From positions 15,252,001 through 15,316,000 of the forward strand of contig NC_083282.1 of the NCBI RefSeq assembly GCF_963506605.1: a stretch of DNA of 64,000 bases, read 5' to 3'. How positions within the stretch are numbered: the first letter of the stretch is position 1; every line of letters starts with the position of its first letter. The translations under genes were made by a program, and so were the position numbers. The notes below the pieces were generated by a model. The model had not been told where the DNA came from. It worked only from the letters and a program-made list of their open reading frames with translations, and did no database searches. The DNA is from Zootoca vivipara. Taxonomy: Eukaryota. Of this stretch, positions 63,847 through 64,000 are shown in pieces.

Positions 63847-64000
63847 TATATACAATGGATTGTTTGGTATGTTTGGGATGGTAGCTAGAAGCATGTAACT
63901 ATATGTTTGTCAGTCAGTTGGTTTACGGTATAAGGTGGTGTCTATACGCCCATCCTGTATTTTTATAGTAGTGTCCAAAAATGTATTCCTTGCATAGATA

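Larger units (their letters stand above)
59821..64000 (-). mobile_element. Penelope-like element (probably Neptune type) with RT thumb, Zn-linker, GIY-YIG endonuclease and pLTR; decayed and split by two insertions (pieces about 59821-60159, 61580-62341 and 63849-64000, continuing past the window)
   Basis: 63849-64000 encodes FLDTTIKIQDGRIDTTLYRKPTD...LHASSYHPKHTKQSIVY. ORF 61308..62195 has CSKPRCQLC, AIKCQQC..LYIGQTGQ, PVGEHFN and REVAE. Removing the Bov-B restores LQLITKLKTMERPGLNRDIGFLSHYT with the stop at 60091-60093. Confidence 0.92.

Noticed and set aside
44955-64000. Preceding DENND1B exon (RNLTEYFVAVDV...SKLST) and, at the other end, the exon after 7410
   Set aside because: I did not find them by manual scanning. 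They are presumed to be outside the window, though a miss cannot be excluded.

Overview
This is vertebrate genomic DNA, almost certainly from a squamate and probably a lacertid lizard, judged by Sauria/POM-type SINEs, Bov-B and young L2 LINEs. The whole 64 kb lies inside DENND1B, the Rab35 GEF connecdenn 2, on the minus strand. Ten consecutive internal coding exons can be read with GT-AG junctions and matching phases, from 44954 down to 7410; the 5' and 3' ends of the gene are outside the window. The introns hold many transposable elements: Bov-B, another RTE-clade LINE, L2 LINEs, Sauria and other SINEs, hAT and Tc1/mariner-type MITEs, and a Penelope-like element (PLE) that is itself interrupted by a Bov-B and a GC-rich MITE. 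The most unusual structures are (i) a minimal hammerhead ribozyme in the PLE, in the sense orientation of the DENND1B pre-mRNA, (ii) a 148-bp palindromic PLE insertion folded back exactly at the hammerhead stem II, (iii) four different non-autonomous DNA transposons that each carry long GC/CpG-rich internal inverted repeats, one with clustered YY1/ETS-like motifs, and (iv) a perfect 314-bp direct duplication flanking a 733-bp segment. Family names come from motif recognition from memory, not from database searches. I cannot show a wholly new biological system here.
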